Positions 20,101-28,357 of a stretch of 64,000 nt of DNA are shown here, piece after piece. Within the stretch, counting starts at the first letter, position 1; each line of letters starts with the position of its first letter. The DNA lies in the NCBI GenBank assembly GCA_937966555.1, contig CALCLY010000031.1:1869-65868 (forward strand), written 5' to 3'. This stretch comes from an uncultured Clostridia bacterium. Its GTDB lineage: Bacteria > Bacillota > Clostridia > UMGS1883 > UMGS1540. Position numbers and translations under genes: made by a program. The notes below the pieces were generated by a model. That model made no database searches and was not told the DNA's origin. It saw only the letters and a program-made list of their open reading frames with translations.

Positions 20101-23100
20101 CAGCGTATCTGAGTATAGCGGGTTTCTTATAAGAAGTTTTCCGCTTTCTGCCGGAGTAAGCGAATCGGCAGAAAATTCCGAGAAAGTATAAGAATCAAAC
20201 TCTTCCGGATATGCCAGAACATTAATTCTGTAACCGTCCGCAACAGGGTATTTCGATTCTCCTTCAAAATCTCCGCCCTCTGAAGCAAGCCCTGCTCTGA
20301 GCAATGTAATAATCGCTTCCTGTTCTTCATTTGTATAATCGCCGCGAAGCGAACGCAAATCCGAATATCTCTCATATTCTGTTTCTATTTCACCGGTTTT
20401 GCCGTAATCTGCATTATAGTAACATTCGTTTATAAGATAATCATAAATATCAAGCGTCGGAACATTTGTAGTGTTATATTCAAGATAATCATCCGTTGTC
20501 GGTGAATTTTTGAACACTGCCTTTTCTTCGTCTGTAAGCTCTGTGCCTGCGTTCACCTTCTCTGTTATAGTTTTATACATTGCACAAGCTTCTTCAAAAG
20601 TAATTGTCTTTAAAGCACCTTCATATACGTATGTATATCCTTCGCTTCTCTTTTTCTGAACGCTTTCCTGCATTGCAGAAATATTATCTTCAGAATCAAC
20701 CGTATACTGAAGCAGTGTCGGTATATCGGTTTTCGCCGTCATTGTAACGCTTCCGCCGGTTGCTGTAGACGGAGTGTACGAAGAGAGCAGCTCTGCCGTA
20801 TCGTCGGATGCATTTATGGTTGCAATAAGCTTTGTCTCCACATTGCCCGCTCTGTCTCCTACTCTCACATATACATTATAAGTTCCTGTCGGCAAAGCTC
20901 CGTAAGAAAGTTTATACTGAAGTTCTTTGTCGTTTACTTCACCGGAGGACATATTGTAGCTTTCGGAAATACCGTTTGTCGGTTCAGGTTCATAACTCGG
21001 AGCCGGACTGTATGACGGAACAGGTTCCGAGCTTTCTCCTGATTTTCCTGTCTTTTCAAGCTTAGCATAAGCAAAACCCTTGCTGTCGCCAAAGTATCCG
21101 CCGTTTTCAAAACCTGTCGGATCACCGTTTTCGTCAAACGTTGTCGGTCTTGCGGAAGCTTCTTCCGTGAAGAAATCATTATCCGAAGGTTCACCCTGTG
21201 TTATTGCTGCGCTGAGCACGGTCAGAGAATCATCATCTTTTGCCGTAAACACAAACGATCCGTATTTTGCCGCACCGTTTTTGGGAATCTGAGCCGATGA
21301 GTTGAGCTGAAGTTCTGGAATGTTTCTGTCGAAACAGTTAATATCAACCTGCTTTACGGAACTTCTTCCGGCTTTATCCGAAATCGTTATTTCGACAACG
21401 CCGTTTTCGGATACTTCAATTACGGCTTTCCCCGCACGCGGATGTTCCTTTAAAGTACCGCCCGAAATGCCTATTGTTATCTCCCCGGGTGTTTCATATG
21501 CATCAGTGTTATAATTAATATCAAATGTTACGGTCTTGGCATTTGTCTTACCGGATATGTTTGCTGTATCTACATATGTCACTTCGGGCGCATATTTGTC
21601 AAGCACAAAATCAAGTGATGCCGAAGACATATTGCCCGCCATGTCATATACCTCAAACGTATAACGGTATTTCATTACACCTTTATCGTAAACCACATCA
21701 AAATCATTAACAAGCGGATTTGTTACCGTTGCCGTACATCCATTTGTTACGCGTTTTCTTTCCGTAAACTTAAAACCGTTTTTGCTGCGGACAATATCAA
21801 GCGCATCTTTTGCCTCATCGTCAAAAGCGGCGGAAATGTATTTTAAATCCGCAAAATCTTTTAATATGAATGTTCCGTCACCAAGCTGATTTATGTTTGA
21901 AGGCGCAACAGACAATGATTTTATTTCGGGTTTTGCAAAATCAACGCGCATATCATTGCTCCAGAATGTGCTCTCATGCCCGAATATGTCACGCACGGTT
22001 AATTTAATCTTTGCATTCTGCGCATTTAAATAATCTTCATTTTCGCCGAATTCTTCATTGAAGTTTATCGGCACGGTCTCGTTTATACTGTTTAAAACAT
22101 ATGTTTTGGCAAGTTTGTCTTTAATAAAGAGCTCTGCCTTCGGCGCTCTTGAAGATGAAAAATCAATATTGCCGTTCTTGGCATAAGCTTTGTAAGCGGC
22201 GCCGTCATCATCAAGGATGAATTTAACTTCATAGTTTGAATTCACACCGTCTCTTTTTCCGGTCGTTTCTATTGAAGCTGTGGGCGCTTGTGTATCAAAG
22301 AATACATTTATTGTATAATCCTGTACCTCTCCCTCCGGCTGAAGAATCACACGTGCAAAAAGTGTATATTCTCCCGAAAAACTTCCGCCAAATTGGTTTT
22401 GAATCTCTTCGGAAGCAAAGTCAACGCTGTTTAAGTTTGACGGTGTTAACGTTACGCTCTGCGTTGCATTGTTCAAAGTAGCGGTTGAACCCTTCACCCA
22501 GCCGTAACTTATATCAAACTTTACATCACCGTTTTGAGGAATCTTTACACCTTCTAGTTTTATGCTGTGTTTGTCGGAAAGGGGTGAATAATCGTCAACA
22601 AACCGCAAGTCAAAATCTCTGTCAGCCGTTACAAAATCTTCTGATTTAACGGGCTTTTTTGTTTTATTGTAAAATTTATCATAGAAAGTTGCAGTAACAT
22701 TCCATTTGTTATAACTTCCTTTGTCAGCCATGATGTTTATAACATGATCTGAAGCATCTGTTTTTCTGTTTTGATCCGCTCCGCTTGTAACATCATGAAG
22801 AACATATGTAATAAGAGGAAGAACTGTTCCTTCTCCGGGGTCGGTCACGTCATATTTCACCGCAACGTTTCCGCCGCTTCTTTCGGTGCTCACACTGTTT
22901 ATTACGGGTCCTGTGCTGTCTATGTAGGCTCTTATATCTTTCTTATCCGCATTTGTAAGAGTATTTCCGGCAGCATCATTTATCGAATACTCAATATAAA
23001 CCGGAAGATTTTCGGGGTAATCCGAAATCATTGTAATATCGGAAAGTGAAACTTTCGCCGTATTGCCGCTTGACACGGTTCCGAGCGTAAGTGTTTCCGC

Positions 23101-25050
23101 GGCATTGCTCTGTGACGTGCCTATTTTAAGCTTATGTTTGCCGCCCTCATCATAATATACAAATGAAATCTTCACTCCGTTTGTATCGAATCCACCGGCA
23201 TCGGTAAACGTAATGGTGGAATCGCTTCTGAATTTTGTATCCCAATTGCCGCTTACCTTTGTTCCTTTTACGGAAGGCGCTGCGGTGTCTATCATTATTC
23301 TGCAGTTAAACGGCGCAAGAGTGCTTGCATTTCCTCTGTCAACCTTTATAAGAGAAAAATCTACATCCATATTTGCAATATTTTTAAGTGCGGCGTTTCC
23401 GCATGTAACGGCATCTTTCGTAAATGTAAATGCTCCGGACGAATCAAATTCGCCCGCAAAATTCACATAATACTCGTCAAGTCCCGCTATTTCCTGCGGT
23501 GTGTATTTAAAATACAATTCCGTTGAAGCTTCCGAGTTCATTCCGAAGGCATGTGAATTTTTATCAATACCGACTGTTCTCGCGCTCACAAGCCCGGCAT
23601 AAACATACTTATCGGTAGCTTTTCTCTGTTTATCATAAACCCTGAGCTTAAGTTTTGTATCTCCGGCTCTGAGACTGTTTTTCTGAATCTCGTCATTAAG
23701 CACTATTCTAAAAATCGGACCGGTTGTGCTCTTTCCGAAAATAACAGGCTGAAGCTCTGTTTTGCTGCTGTTTGTTTTTATCTCGGAAGGCAATGTTGCT
23801 CCGAACAAATTGCAATCGGCATTTTTGTTTGTCTTTGTGGGATAAAACTTTCTGTCAGTGAAAGAATCGCTTGCAAGAAGAGTTTTTGTATCGTCCACAA
23901 TTTTATTCTTGTTCTCTTCTATTGAAGCTATCGAGCTGTCGGCGATATTATTTCCGGCAACGTCTGTGATACAGTCTTTGCTGTTTAAAATAAGACCGAC
24001 AGGCTGAGCATAAACGTCAAGCTTTACCTTGTTTTGTGTATTGTCGGGAATTTTAAACTCAAATATAGCTCTGTATCCTTCGGCACTGTTTCCCGATAGT
24101 CCCGTGCAGTTTGCCGTGAAATAGCCGTCCTTTTCGGGATTTCCTTTGATTTTAAGCTTAATGTCATTCTTCTTTTTAAGAACAACTTTTTCATCGAAAT
24201 CCACATAGAATTTAATTGTATCCCCTATTGCCGCATACTTTGCAGAACCTGCAACATTTGAGCGGAATGTAAATCCGTCATCAAGCACACCTGCCTTTGT
24301 TGCCTTAGGTCCCTGCACATCACGCAAAAATACCCTTACCTTCTGAACAGAGCTTTTATTGAACTTTTTAAGTCCTTTTCTCTCCGAACGCAGGTCCATA
24401 TGAAATCTGTTTATATCTTTATTAACCGATATCCAGCCGTCGGACACTTCTCTTGTTCCTCCGTACCAGTTGGACTCTGTTGTAAGCTCCTGCTGAATTG
24501 CTGATTTTCCCGAAGCGTAAAGACGCAGATTTGCAATGCCGACATGCTTGTTGGTTGTTCCCTTGTAGTTATTCGTCTCTGCGGCTATCGCCATCTCAAG
24601 GTCGCCCTTTCGAACGAGCTTTAAAATATCTTCGCTGAATTTTCCGGAAAAGTCAACCTTATAGTTTTTCTTGTTATTTGACGGATTATATATAGCATAA
24701 AAATATTTTCCTTTATCGAGATATGCACCGTAATCCGTCTGAGACGTATCATAAACAAACACCATTCCGTCGCTGGCGTAGTCATACATATCTTTACCTC
24801 TGTTAAAACGCATCTGGTTAAAAACAGAACGGCTTGCGGAAATACTTCCTATATTCTTGTCATACTCTCCCTTTTTCAGAATCTTTCCGCTTTGAAGGTT
24901 TACGGTACCTGTTTTGCCCTTTGGCACATTTGCCCAGTTTACTTCGCTTCTGCCGCCGAAAGACATAGTGTCCGCAAATGCACCGGCGGGTATAAGCGTA
25001 AGTCCTATAAAAAGGGCCATCGCTGCACTTAAAAACCTCATTTTTTTCAA
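17146..25050 (-). CDS. Giant secreted/surface protein (~2634 aa from TTG 25050; alternative ATG at 25041): signal peptide then many Ig-like/cadherin-like beta domains; no recognisable wall anchor
   Basis: Signal peptide KKMRFLSAAMALFIGLTLIPAGAFA. RBS GGAGG (25062-25058) lies 7 nt before TTG 25050. Beta-domain boundary motifs recur (DTTAPE..., DKTAPQITA, DNEAPKAD, DRTPPAAYI, DKTVPELD, DTEPPKAT, DVTPPEIT), suggesting >=10 tandem Ig-like modules, plus a Pro/Ser/Tyr-rich segment YSPAPSYEPEPT. Stop is 11 nt before the next gene's RBS. Confidence 0.8.
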   Translation of the reverse strand: MKKMRFLSAAMALFIGLTLIPAGAFADTMSFGGRSEVNWANVPKGKTGTVNLQSGKILKKGEYDKNIGSISASRSVFNQMRFNRGKDMYDYASDGMVFVYDTSQTDYGAYLDKGKYFYAIYNPSNNKKNYKVDFSGKFSEDILKLVRKGDLEMAIAAETNNYKGTTNKHVGIANLRLYASGKSAIQQELTTESNWYGGTREVSDGWISVNKDINRFHMDLRSERKGLKKFNKSSVQKVRVFLRDVQGPKATKAGVLDDGFTFRSNVAGSAKYAAIGDTIKFYVDFDEKVVLKKKNDIKLKIKGNPEKDGYFTANCTGLSGNSAEGYRAIFEFKIPDNTQNKVKLDVYAQPVGLILNSKDCITDVAGNNIADSSIASIEENKNKIVDDTKTLLASDSFTDRKFYPTKTNKNADCNLFGATLPSEIKTNSSKTELQPVIFGKSTTGPIFRIVLNDEIQKNSLRAGDTKLKLRVYDKQRKATDKYVYAGLVSARTVGIDKNSHAFGMNSEASTELYFKYTPQEIAGLDEYYVNFAGEFDSSGAFTFTKDAVTCGNAALKNIANMDVDFSLIKVDRGNASTLAPFNCRIMIDTAAPSVKGTKVSGNWDTKFRSDSTITFTDAGGFDTNGVKISFVYYDEGGKHKLKIGTSQSNAAETLTLGTVSSGNTAKVSLSDITMISDYPENLPVYIEYSINDAAGNTLTNADKKDIRAYIDSTGPVINSVSTERSGGNVAVKYDVTDPGEGTVLPLITYVLHDVTSGADQNRKTDASDHVINIMADKGSYNKWNVTATFYDKFYNKTKKPVKSEDFVTADRDFDLRFVDDYSPLSDKHSIKLEGVKIPQNGDVKFDISYGWVKGSTATLNNATQSVTLTPSNLNSVDFASEEIQNQFGGSFSGEYTLFARVILQPEGEVQDYTINVFFDTQAPTASIETTGKRDGVNSNYEVKFILDDDGAAYKAYAKNGNIDFSSSRAPKAELFIKDKLAKTYVLNSINETVPINFNEEFGENEDYLNAQNAKIKLTVRDIFGHESTFWSNDMRVDFAKPEIKSLSVAPSNINQLGDGTFILKDFADLKYISAAFDDEAKDALDIVRSKNGFKFTERKRVTNGCTATVTNPLVNDFDVVYDKGVMKYRYTFEVYDMAGNMSSASLDFVLDKYAPEVTYVDTANISGKTNAKTVTFDINYNTDAYETPGEITIGISGGTLKEHPRAGKAVIEVSENGVVEITISDKAGRSSVKQVDINCFDRNIPELQLNSSAQIPKNGAAKYGSFVFTAKDDDSLTVLSAAITQGEPSDNDFFTEEASARPTTFDENGDPTGFENGGYFGDSKGFAYAKLEKTGKSGESSEPVPSYSPAPSYEPEPTNGISESYNMSSGEVNDKELQYKLSYGALPTGTYNVYVRVGDRAGNVETKLIATINASDDTAELLSSYTPSTATGGSVTMTAKTDIPTLLQYTVDSEDNISAMQESVQKKRSEGYTYVYEGALKTITFEEACAMYKTITEKVNAGTELTDEEKAVFKNSPTTDDYLEYNTTNVPTLDIYDYLINECYYNADYGKTGEIETEYERYSDLRSLRGDYTNEEQEAIITLLRAGLASEGGDFEGESKYPVADGYRINVLAYPEEFDSYTFSEFSADSLTPAESGKLLIRNPLYSDTLTESEVYEFFGDDFDITLLNKMTDTAYQSPFAGQEEADLNKINEALRPYFADYVLYENPYNDLYDNALTLAEINAVPSAASVLCAIRHSAAELIAQKYMKSYMSIDGSGFTTNHILKFRNNINARYSLLDELGRTTELPVDITWIDPTLPSIPEDNIKINVMGSEFTEKYTNADSAEITVTVPTGGIYDEYYLADLPEGASGTEVTAPAEYTGTKPLYKQFTLTVTENGSFEFLVINPTAASDPDKKAEGMQTYVYDFFDREAPECKVIYSPQKPADGSPVNTDVTVNIFDIEDDKSSSSEIKVECIDMYTRMEGKTDYTFYDNGWVIFKLYDLAGNVKEIPVNVDYIDKTPAQITAKIMNATEDITDKFDLTADMNDYAYSTFNYVYIGGNLRGKAEAYIYDKEGKLLDIIGISDNGEYHYDYTSKAGNRSTLTISGIKFDNEAPKADADYIYNSATPLEKDSVTALVNVNDNITNASELKFVSVTGRDSSGKDFAASDVFIDRSGENLTASLKFANNGFAKLVFADAVGNTVEVSLEVKDLDRTPPAAYISYSTDMTRKTNADVTANITLTKLADYMVADQNGAVIKGYSNAFSTYVTYSFENNGITLFKFRDTSGNETEWLSVSVDNIDKTVPELDYTVEPNKAVTDSGTLETAYGYATIVLSAKSAGDILSGGENDTITVAGAEHGKYITVKSNGNYLIKFADDAGNVNSLTASVSCIDTEPPKATHSGNPESWTNVPPEITVAAETQRASGIRSYIVQNGAKSDKITFTPTENGTYSFALTNDAGISATYNIEVKYVDVTPPEITYEGTRDVYVNKGEFNKNEFEKMTVSDAESGAVSQTPEIDYGTFDANVPGRYAVTVTGTDNAGNKTVITRNIQVIGEDDVFAAINGNILIPGEQTNYWITDSLDLTFVNAEKSGKKVSYAFVKGYYNGAQLKGHSMKSLVLPNAKIKLEQKEAGMYTLFMQTENRNTQIMYVFIAG

Positions 25051-25114
25051 TGCAATTCCTCCTTTTGGTTTCATTTTTTTTGCATCCGTTGTGTTGTAAT
25101 TGATTATTTGTTCA

Positions 25115-25144
25115 ATTATATCACAAAAACCACTCCTCGTCAAG
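25115..25144 (-). promoter_or_regulatory. Consensus sigma-A promoter for the giant-protein operon (TTGACG at 25144-25139, 18-nt spacer, TATAAT at 25120-25115)
   Basis: Read on the - strand: TTGACGaggagtggtttttgtgaTATAAT, ~55 nt upstream of the start codon at 25050. Confidence 0.5.
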
Positions 25145-25182
25145 CTGTTCAACAAATTATTTCATATTTTGGAATATATACA

Positions 25183-25228
25183 AAAACCGAAGAAAAGCAA
25201 AATAAAAATTGCTCCTTCGGCTTTTCAA
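25183..25228 (-). terminator. Rho-independent terminator (stem CCGAAGGAGCAA...TTGCTTTTCTTCGG + U-run), palindromic and likely bidirectional
   Basis: The hairpin at 25187-25220 is followed by TTTTTG on the - strand. It terminates the small-ORF transcript and copZA read-through, immediately upstream of the giant-operon promoter. Confidence 0.7.
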
Positions 25229-25320
25229 TTCCCGATCAAGGGAATACCTTTCTGTATATAATTCACCCGAAAAAAACTTCTCGCATACAAGTACCCAAAC
25301 AATGTAAGCAATATGCCCAT
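25225..25320 (-). CDS. Putative small hydrophobic protein, 31 aa (MGILLTLFGYLYARSFFRVNYIQKGIPLIGN)
   Basis: Not in the ORF track (<60 aa). ATG at 25320 is preceded by RBS ACGGAGGGA with 7-nt spacing. The stop sits directly against the terminator hairpin, and a dedicated consensus promoter lies upstream. Confidence 0.4.
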   Translation of the reverse strand: MGILLTLFGYLYARSFFRVNYIQKGIPLIGN

Positions 25321-25358
25321 AAAAGTTCCCTCCGTAACAAAATTGTAATCTTATTTAA

Positions 25359-25387
25359 AGTATACCATTTTTTTTACGAAAGGTCAA
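25359..25387 (-). promoter_or_regulatory. Consensus sigma-A promoter (TTGACC 25387-25382, 17-nt spacer, TATACT 25364-25359) driving the 31-codon ORF
   Basis: - strand: TTGACCtttcgtaaaaaaaatggTATACT, located just downstream of the copZ stop. Confidence 0.45.
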
Positions 25388-25393
25388 TAGTTT

Positions 25394-25648
25394 TTACTTC
25401 AAAAATCCAAAAAAACCTTTTTTCTCATACGGCTCTTCTTTTACGCTCTCTAAAGTATATCCAAGAGATTTAACCGTTTCCTCAAGTTTCGTCTCATCAA
25501 GCGCATCGGCACTTATTATTTCGGTCTCTCCTTTCGAATGTGAAGACGTAACTTTCTTCACTTTAAATACGCTTCTTATAGCGTCATTTACATGCGCCTC
25601 GCACATTCCGCACATCATACCATCAATTTTAAGTATTGTTTTAATCAT
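25394..25648 (-). CDS. copZ: Heavy-metal-associated (HMA) copper chaperone
   Basis: GMMCGMCEAHV metal-binding motif in an 84-aa ferredoxin-like fold, directly downstream of copA. Confidence 0.85.
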   Translation of the reverse strand: MIKTILKIDGMMCGMCEAHVNDAIRSVFKVKKVTSSHSKGETEIISADALDETKLEETVKSLGYTLESVKEEPYEKKGFFGFLK

Positions 25649-25655
25649 TATAAAT

Positions 25656-27890
25656 CTACTCCTTTTTAAAAAAATTTAATCTTAAAGCGTTTGTCACAAC
25701 ACAAAAGCTTGAAAGGCTCATTGCAGCAGCTGCAATCATGGGATTTAAAGTCAATCCCAATCCGACAAAACACCCTGCCGCAACAGGTATTCCCAAAACA
25801 TTGTAGAAAAATGCCCAAAAAAGATTTTCGTGTATATTACGCAATGCCGCTTTACTGAGTTTTATTGCCGTCGATACATCTTTTAATGTGCTTTTCATCA
25901 AAACAATATCGGCAGCATCAATTGCAACGTCGGTACCGGCGCCTATTGCAATGCCGATGTCGGCACGTGTAAGAGCCGGTGCATCATTTATTCCGTCACC
26001 TACCATAGCTGTTTTTCCTTCTTTAATCAGCTTGCGAACCGCCTCTTCTTTGCCGCTCGGCAAAACATCTGAAATCACTTCGTCAACCCCGGCAGCTTTT
26101 CCGATAGCTTTTGCCGTTTTTTCATTGTCACCTGTCAGCATTATAACTCGTATACCCATTTTTTTAAGTTCGGAAATTGCCTCCGCACTGTCAGGCTTAA
26201 TTGTATCGGCGATTGCTATAATGCCGCACAGTTTTTTGTCGGCCGCAAAGAATACAGGTGTTTTACCCTGAGATGCATATTCTTCCGCATGTCTCTCCGC
26301 TTCATTTGAAATGCATATTTTTTCGCTTATAAAAGCCAGATTTCCGCCGAGAATTTCCTTGCCTTCAAGCATTGCCCGAATTCCGTTTCCCGGAAGCGCC
26401 TCAAACTCCGAAGTCTCCAAAACTTTGATGCCTTCATCGAGTACTTTCTCTGTCACGGCGCGTGCAAGAGGATGTTCGCTTTTCGCTTCGGCAGCCGCGG
26501 CTATGGCGAGAAACTCTTTTTTATCAAATCCCTCCGCCGCTTCAATATCCGTAACACGCGGTTTACCCTCTGTTATTGTTCCTGTTTTATCAAGCGCGGC
26601 AATTTTTATTTTACCGGTATTTTCAAGCGTTGCGGCTGTTTTAAACAAAATTCCGTTTTTGGCACCGACTCCGCTTCCGACCATAACCGCAACAGGTGTT
26701 GCCAGTCCCAAAGCGCACGGACAGCTTATCACAAGTACCGATATTCCTCTTGCCAAGGCAAAACTTATATCTCTTCCCAGAAATAGCCATACAATTGTTG
26801 TTATCGCAGCAATCGCAATAACTGTCGGAACAAAAATGCCCGAAACTTTATCGGCTGTTTTCGCTATAGGTGCCTTTCCTGCGGCAGCATCGCTCACCAT
26901 TGCGATGATTTTCGAAAGTGTGGTATCTTCACCGACGCGTGTGGCGCGGCATTTTATAAAACCCGACTGGTTTATGGTAGCTCCCGAAACAGTGTCCCCG
27001 GGTTCTTTATCAACCGGAATACTTTCTCCCGTAAGCGCCGACTCATTGACCGCCGTGCTGCCCTCAGTTATAACTCCGTCAACCGGAATGCTTTCTCCGG
27101 GTCTTACAACAAAAATATCATCCTTTTTTACTTCTTCTATCGGAACTTTAATTTCTTTTCCGTCTCTTAAAAGCACAGCACTTTGAGGCGCCAAATTCAT
27201 AAGCGCACGCAGTGCATCGGTTGTTTTTCCTTTTGAGCGCGCCTCAAGCATCTTTCCAACCGTTATCAGCGTCAAAATCATACCGGCGGACTCAAAATAA
27301 AATTCGTCCATATATTTCATAACCGCCTGCATATCTCCCGAAACCTGTGCGCCGCTCATGGCAAAAAGAGCGTAAACACTCCAGATATAGGAAGCCGCCG
27401 AGCCTAAAGCCACAAGTGTGTCCATATTCGGCGCACGGTTTGCAAGCGCTTTAAATCCGCTTATAAAGAACTTTTGGTTTATTACCATTATAATTCCCGC
27501 CAAAATAAGCTGCACAAGTCCCATTGCTATGTGGTTTCCGTCAAACCACGACGGCAGAGGAAATCCCCACATCATGTGACCCATCGAAAAATACATCAGA
27601 ATCACTAAAAAAACAACTGACCAGATAAGCCGCTTTTTCAGCTGCTTTATCTCGCCGTCCGAGTCCGATTCATCGCTTTCGGCTTTTTCCGCACCCTTTT
27701 TCTTTATTCCGTAACCGGCATTGCGAACGGCTTTTTCTATTGCTTTTGAATCGGCAGTTCCCTCCACCGTCATAGAATTTGTCAGCAAATTTACGGAGCA
27801 TTCCGTAACTCCCGCAACGCCCGACACAGCTTTTTCAACTCTCGCCGAGCACGCCGCGCAGCTCATTCCTTTAATACTGTAATGTTCCAT
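25656..27890 (-). CDS. copA: Copper-translocating P1B-type ATPase
   Basis: N-terminal HMA ([15 protein letters not shown]), CPC motif ([11 protein letters not shown]), phosphorylation site DKTGTITEG, hinge GDGINDAP; 744 aa. Confidence 0.9.
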   Translation of the reverse strand: MEHYSIKGMSCAACSARVEKAVSGVAGVTECSVNLLTNSMTVEGTADSKAIEKAVRNAGYGIKKKGAEKAESDESDSDGEIKQLKKRLIWSVVFLVILMYFSMGHMMWGFPLPSWFDGNHIAMGLVQLILAGIIMVINQKFFISGFKALANRAPNMDTLVALGSAASYIWSVYALFAMSGAQVSGDMQAVMKYMDEFYFESAGMILTLITVGKMLEARSKGKTTDALRALMNLAPQSAVLLRDGKEIKVPIEEVKKDDIFVVRPGESIPVDGVITEGSTAVNESALTGESIPVDKEPGDTVSGATINQSGFIKCRATRVGEDTTLSKIIAMVSDAAAGKAPIAKTADKVSGIFVPTVIAIAAITTIVWLFLGRDISFALARGISVLVISCPCALGLATPVAVMVGSGVGAKNGILFKTAATLENTGKIKIAALDKTGTITEGKPRVTDIEAAEGFDKKEFLAIAAAAEAKSEHPLARAVTEKVLDEGIKVLETSEFEALPGNGIRAMLEGKEILGGNLAFISEKICISNEAERHAEEYASQGKTPVFFAADKKLCGIIAIADTIKPDSAEAISELKKMGIRVIMLTGDNEKTAKAIGKAAGVDEVISDVLPSGKEEAVRKLIKEGKTAMVGDGINDAPALTRADIGIAIGAGTDVAIDAADIVLMKSTLKDVSTAIKLSKAALRNIHENLFWAFFYNVLGIPVAAGCFVGLGLTLNPMIAAAAMSLSSFCVVTNALRLNFFKKE

Positions 27891-27939
27891 TTAAAACACC
27901 TCTCTTCCCAATGTTTTATTTTTCCCGATTTTTAAATTT

Positions 27940-28239
27940 TTACTTCATAAGTTTTTGTATTGTGGCAGTGAGCTCATCTATTATTTCATCCTTGCCGTCT
28001 CTGATATCTTTCACAACACAGCTTCTTATGTGATTTGCAAGTATTTCGCGGTTAAACGCATTCACGGCAGCCCCTACAGCGGCGGACTGAATTAATATGT
28101 CATTGCAATATGCGTCCCGTTCCACCATCGACTGCAATCCGCGGATTTGTCCTTCTATTCTCTTAAGCCTGTTAAGCAAACTTTTTTTCTGTTCTTCACC
28201 TCTTACGGTATGTCTTTCACAGCAGCACTGTTTTTCCAT
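27940..28239 (-). CDS. csoR: CsoR-family copper-sensing transcriptional repressor (99 aa; ATG 28239 after RBS GGAAGGAGG)
   Basis: LLNRLKRIEGQIRGLQSMVERDAYCNDILIQSAAVGAAVNAFNREILANHIRSCV matches the CsoR/RcnR fold with the conserved Cys/His. The longer ORF-track N-terminus lacks an RBS. Confidence 0.85.
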   Translation of the reverse strand: MEKQCCCERHTVRGEEQKKSLLNRLKRIEGQIRGLQSMVERDAYCNDILIQSAAVGAAVNAFNREILANHIRSCVVKDIRDGKDEIIDELTATIQKLMK

Positions 28240-28257
28240 AATTGCCTCCTTCCTGTT

Positions 28258-28307
28258 ATACCCCCGCAGGGTATTTATATTATATACCCTCTCGGGGTAT
28301 TTGTCAA
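28258..28307 (-). promoter_or_regulatory. cop operon promoter (TTGACA 28307-28302; TATAAT 28284-28279) with two CsoR-type operators ATACCCCCGCAGGGTAT (28258-28274) and ATACCCTCTCGGGGTAT (28284-28300)
   Basis: Two GC-rich pseudo-palindromes of the ATACCC-N5-GGGTAT type: one lies in the -35/-10 spacer, the other just downstream of the -10. This matches the known CsoR operator architecture. Confidence 0.6.
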
Positions 28308-28319
28308 TACCTTTTAGCA

Positions 28320-28357
28320 AAAAAACGGCCGGCAATATTTCGCCGACCGTTTTTCCC
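28320..28357 (-). terminator. Rho-independent terminator after mrp (stem ACGGTCGGC...GCCGGCCGT + U7)
   Basis: - strand: GGGAAAAACGGTCGGCGAAATATTGCCGGCCGTTTTTTTGC, immediately after the mrp stop at 28358. Confidence 0.6.

Noticed and set aside
17146-25050. Giant protein 1 as a polymorphic toxin / RHS-type effector
   Set aside because: No RHS/YD repeats, no C-terminal toxin-like variable domain, and no downstream immunity gene. The architecture is consistent with Ig-like adhesin modules.
10163-25155. Dozens of 60-290-aa ORFs on the + strand inside the two giant genes (e.g. 13346-13777, 14238-14711 with poly-Leu, 14476-14718 Cys/Tyr-rich, 19285-20112)
   Set aside because: All are antisense to long, clearly coding, signal-peptide-bearing ORFs. 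Their odd compositions (poly-L, C/Y-rich) are mirror images of the Asn/Val-rich repeats on the coding strand. No RBS/promoter support.
25108-25473. + strand 121-aa ORF spanning the cop/giant-operon intergenic region
   Set aside because: It overlaps a minus-strand consensus promoter, a small ORF and a terminator, and runs into copZ antisense. No RBS; considered spurious.
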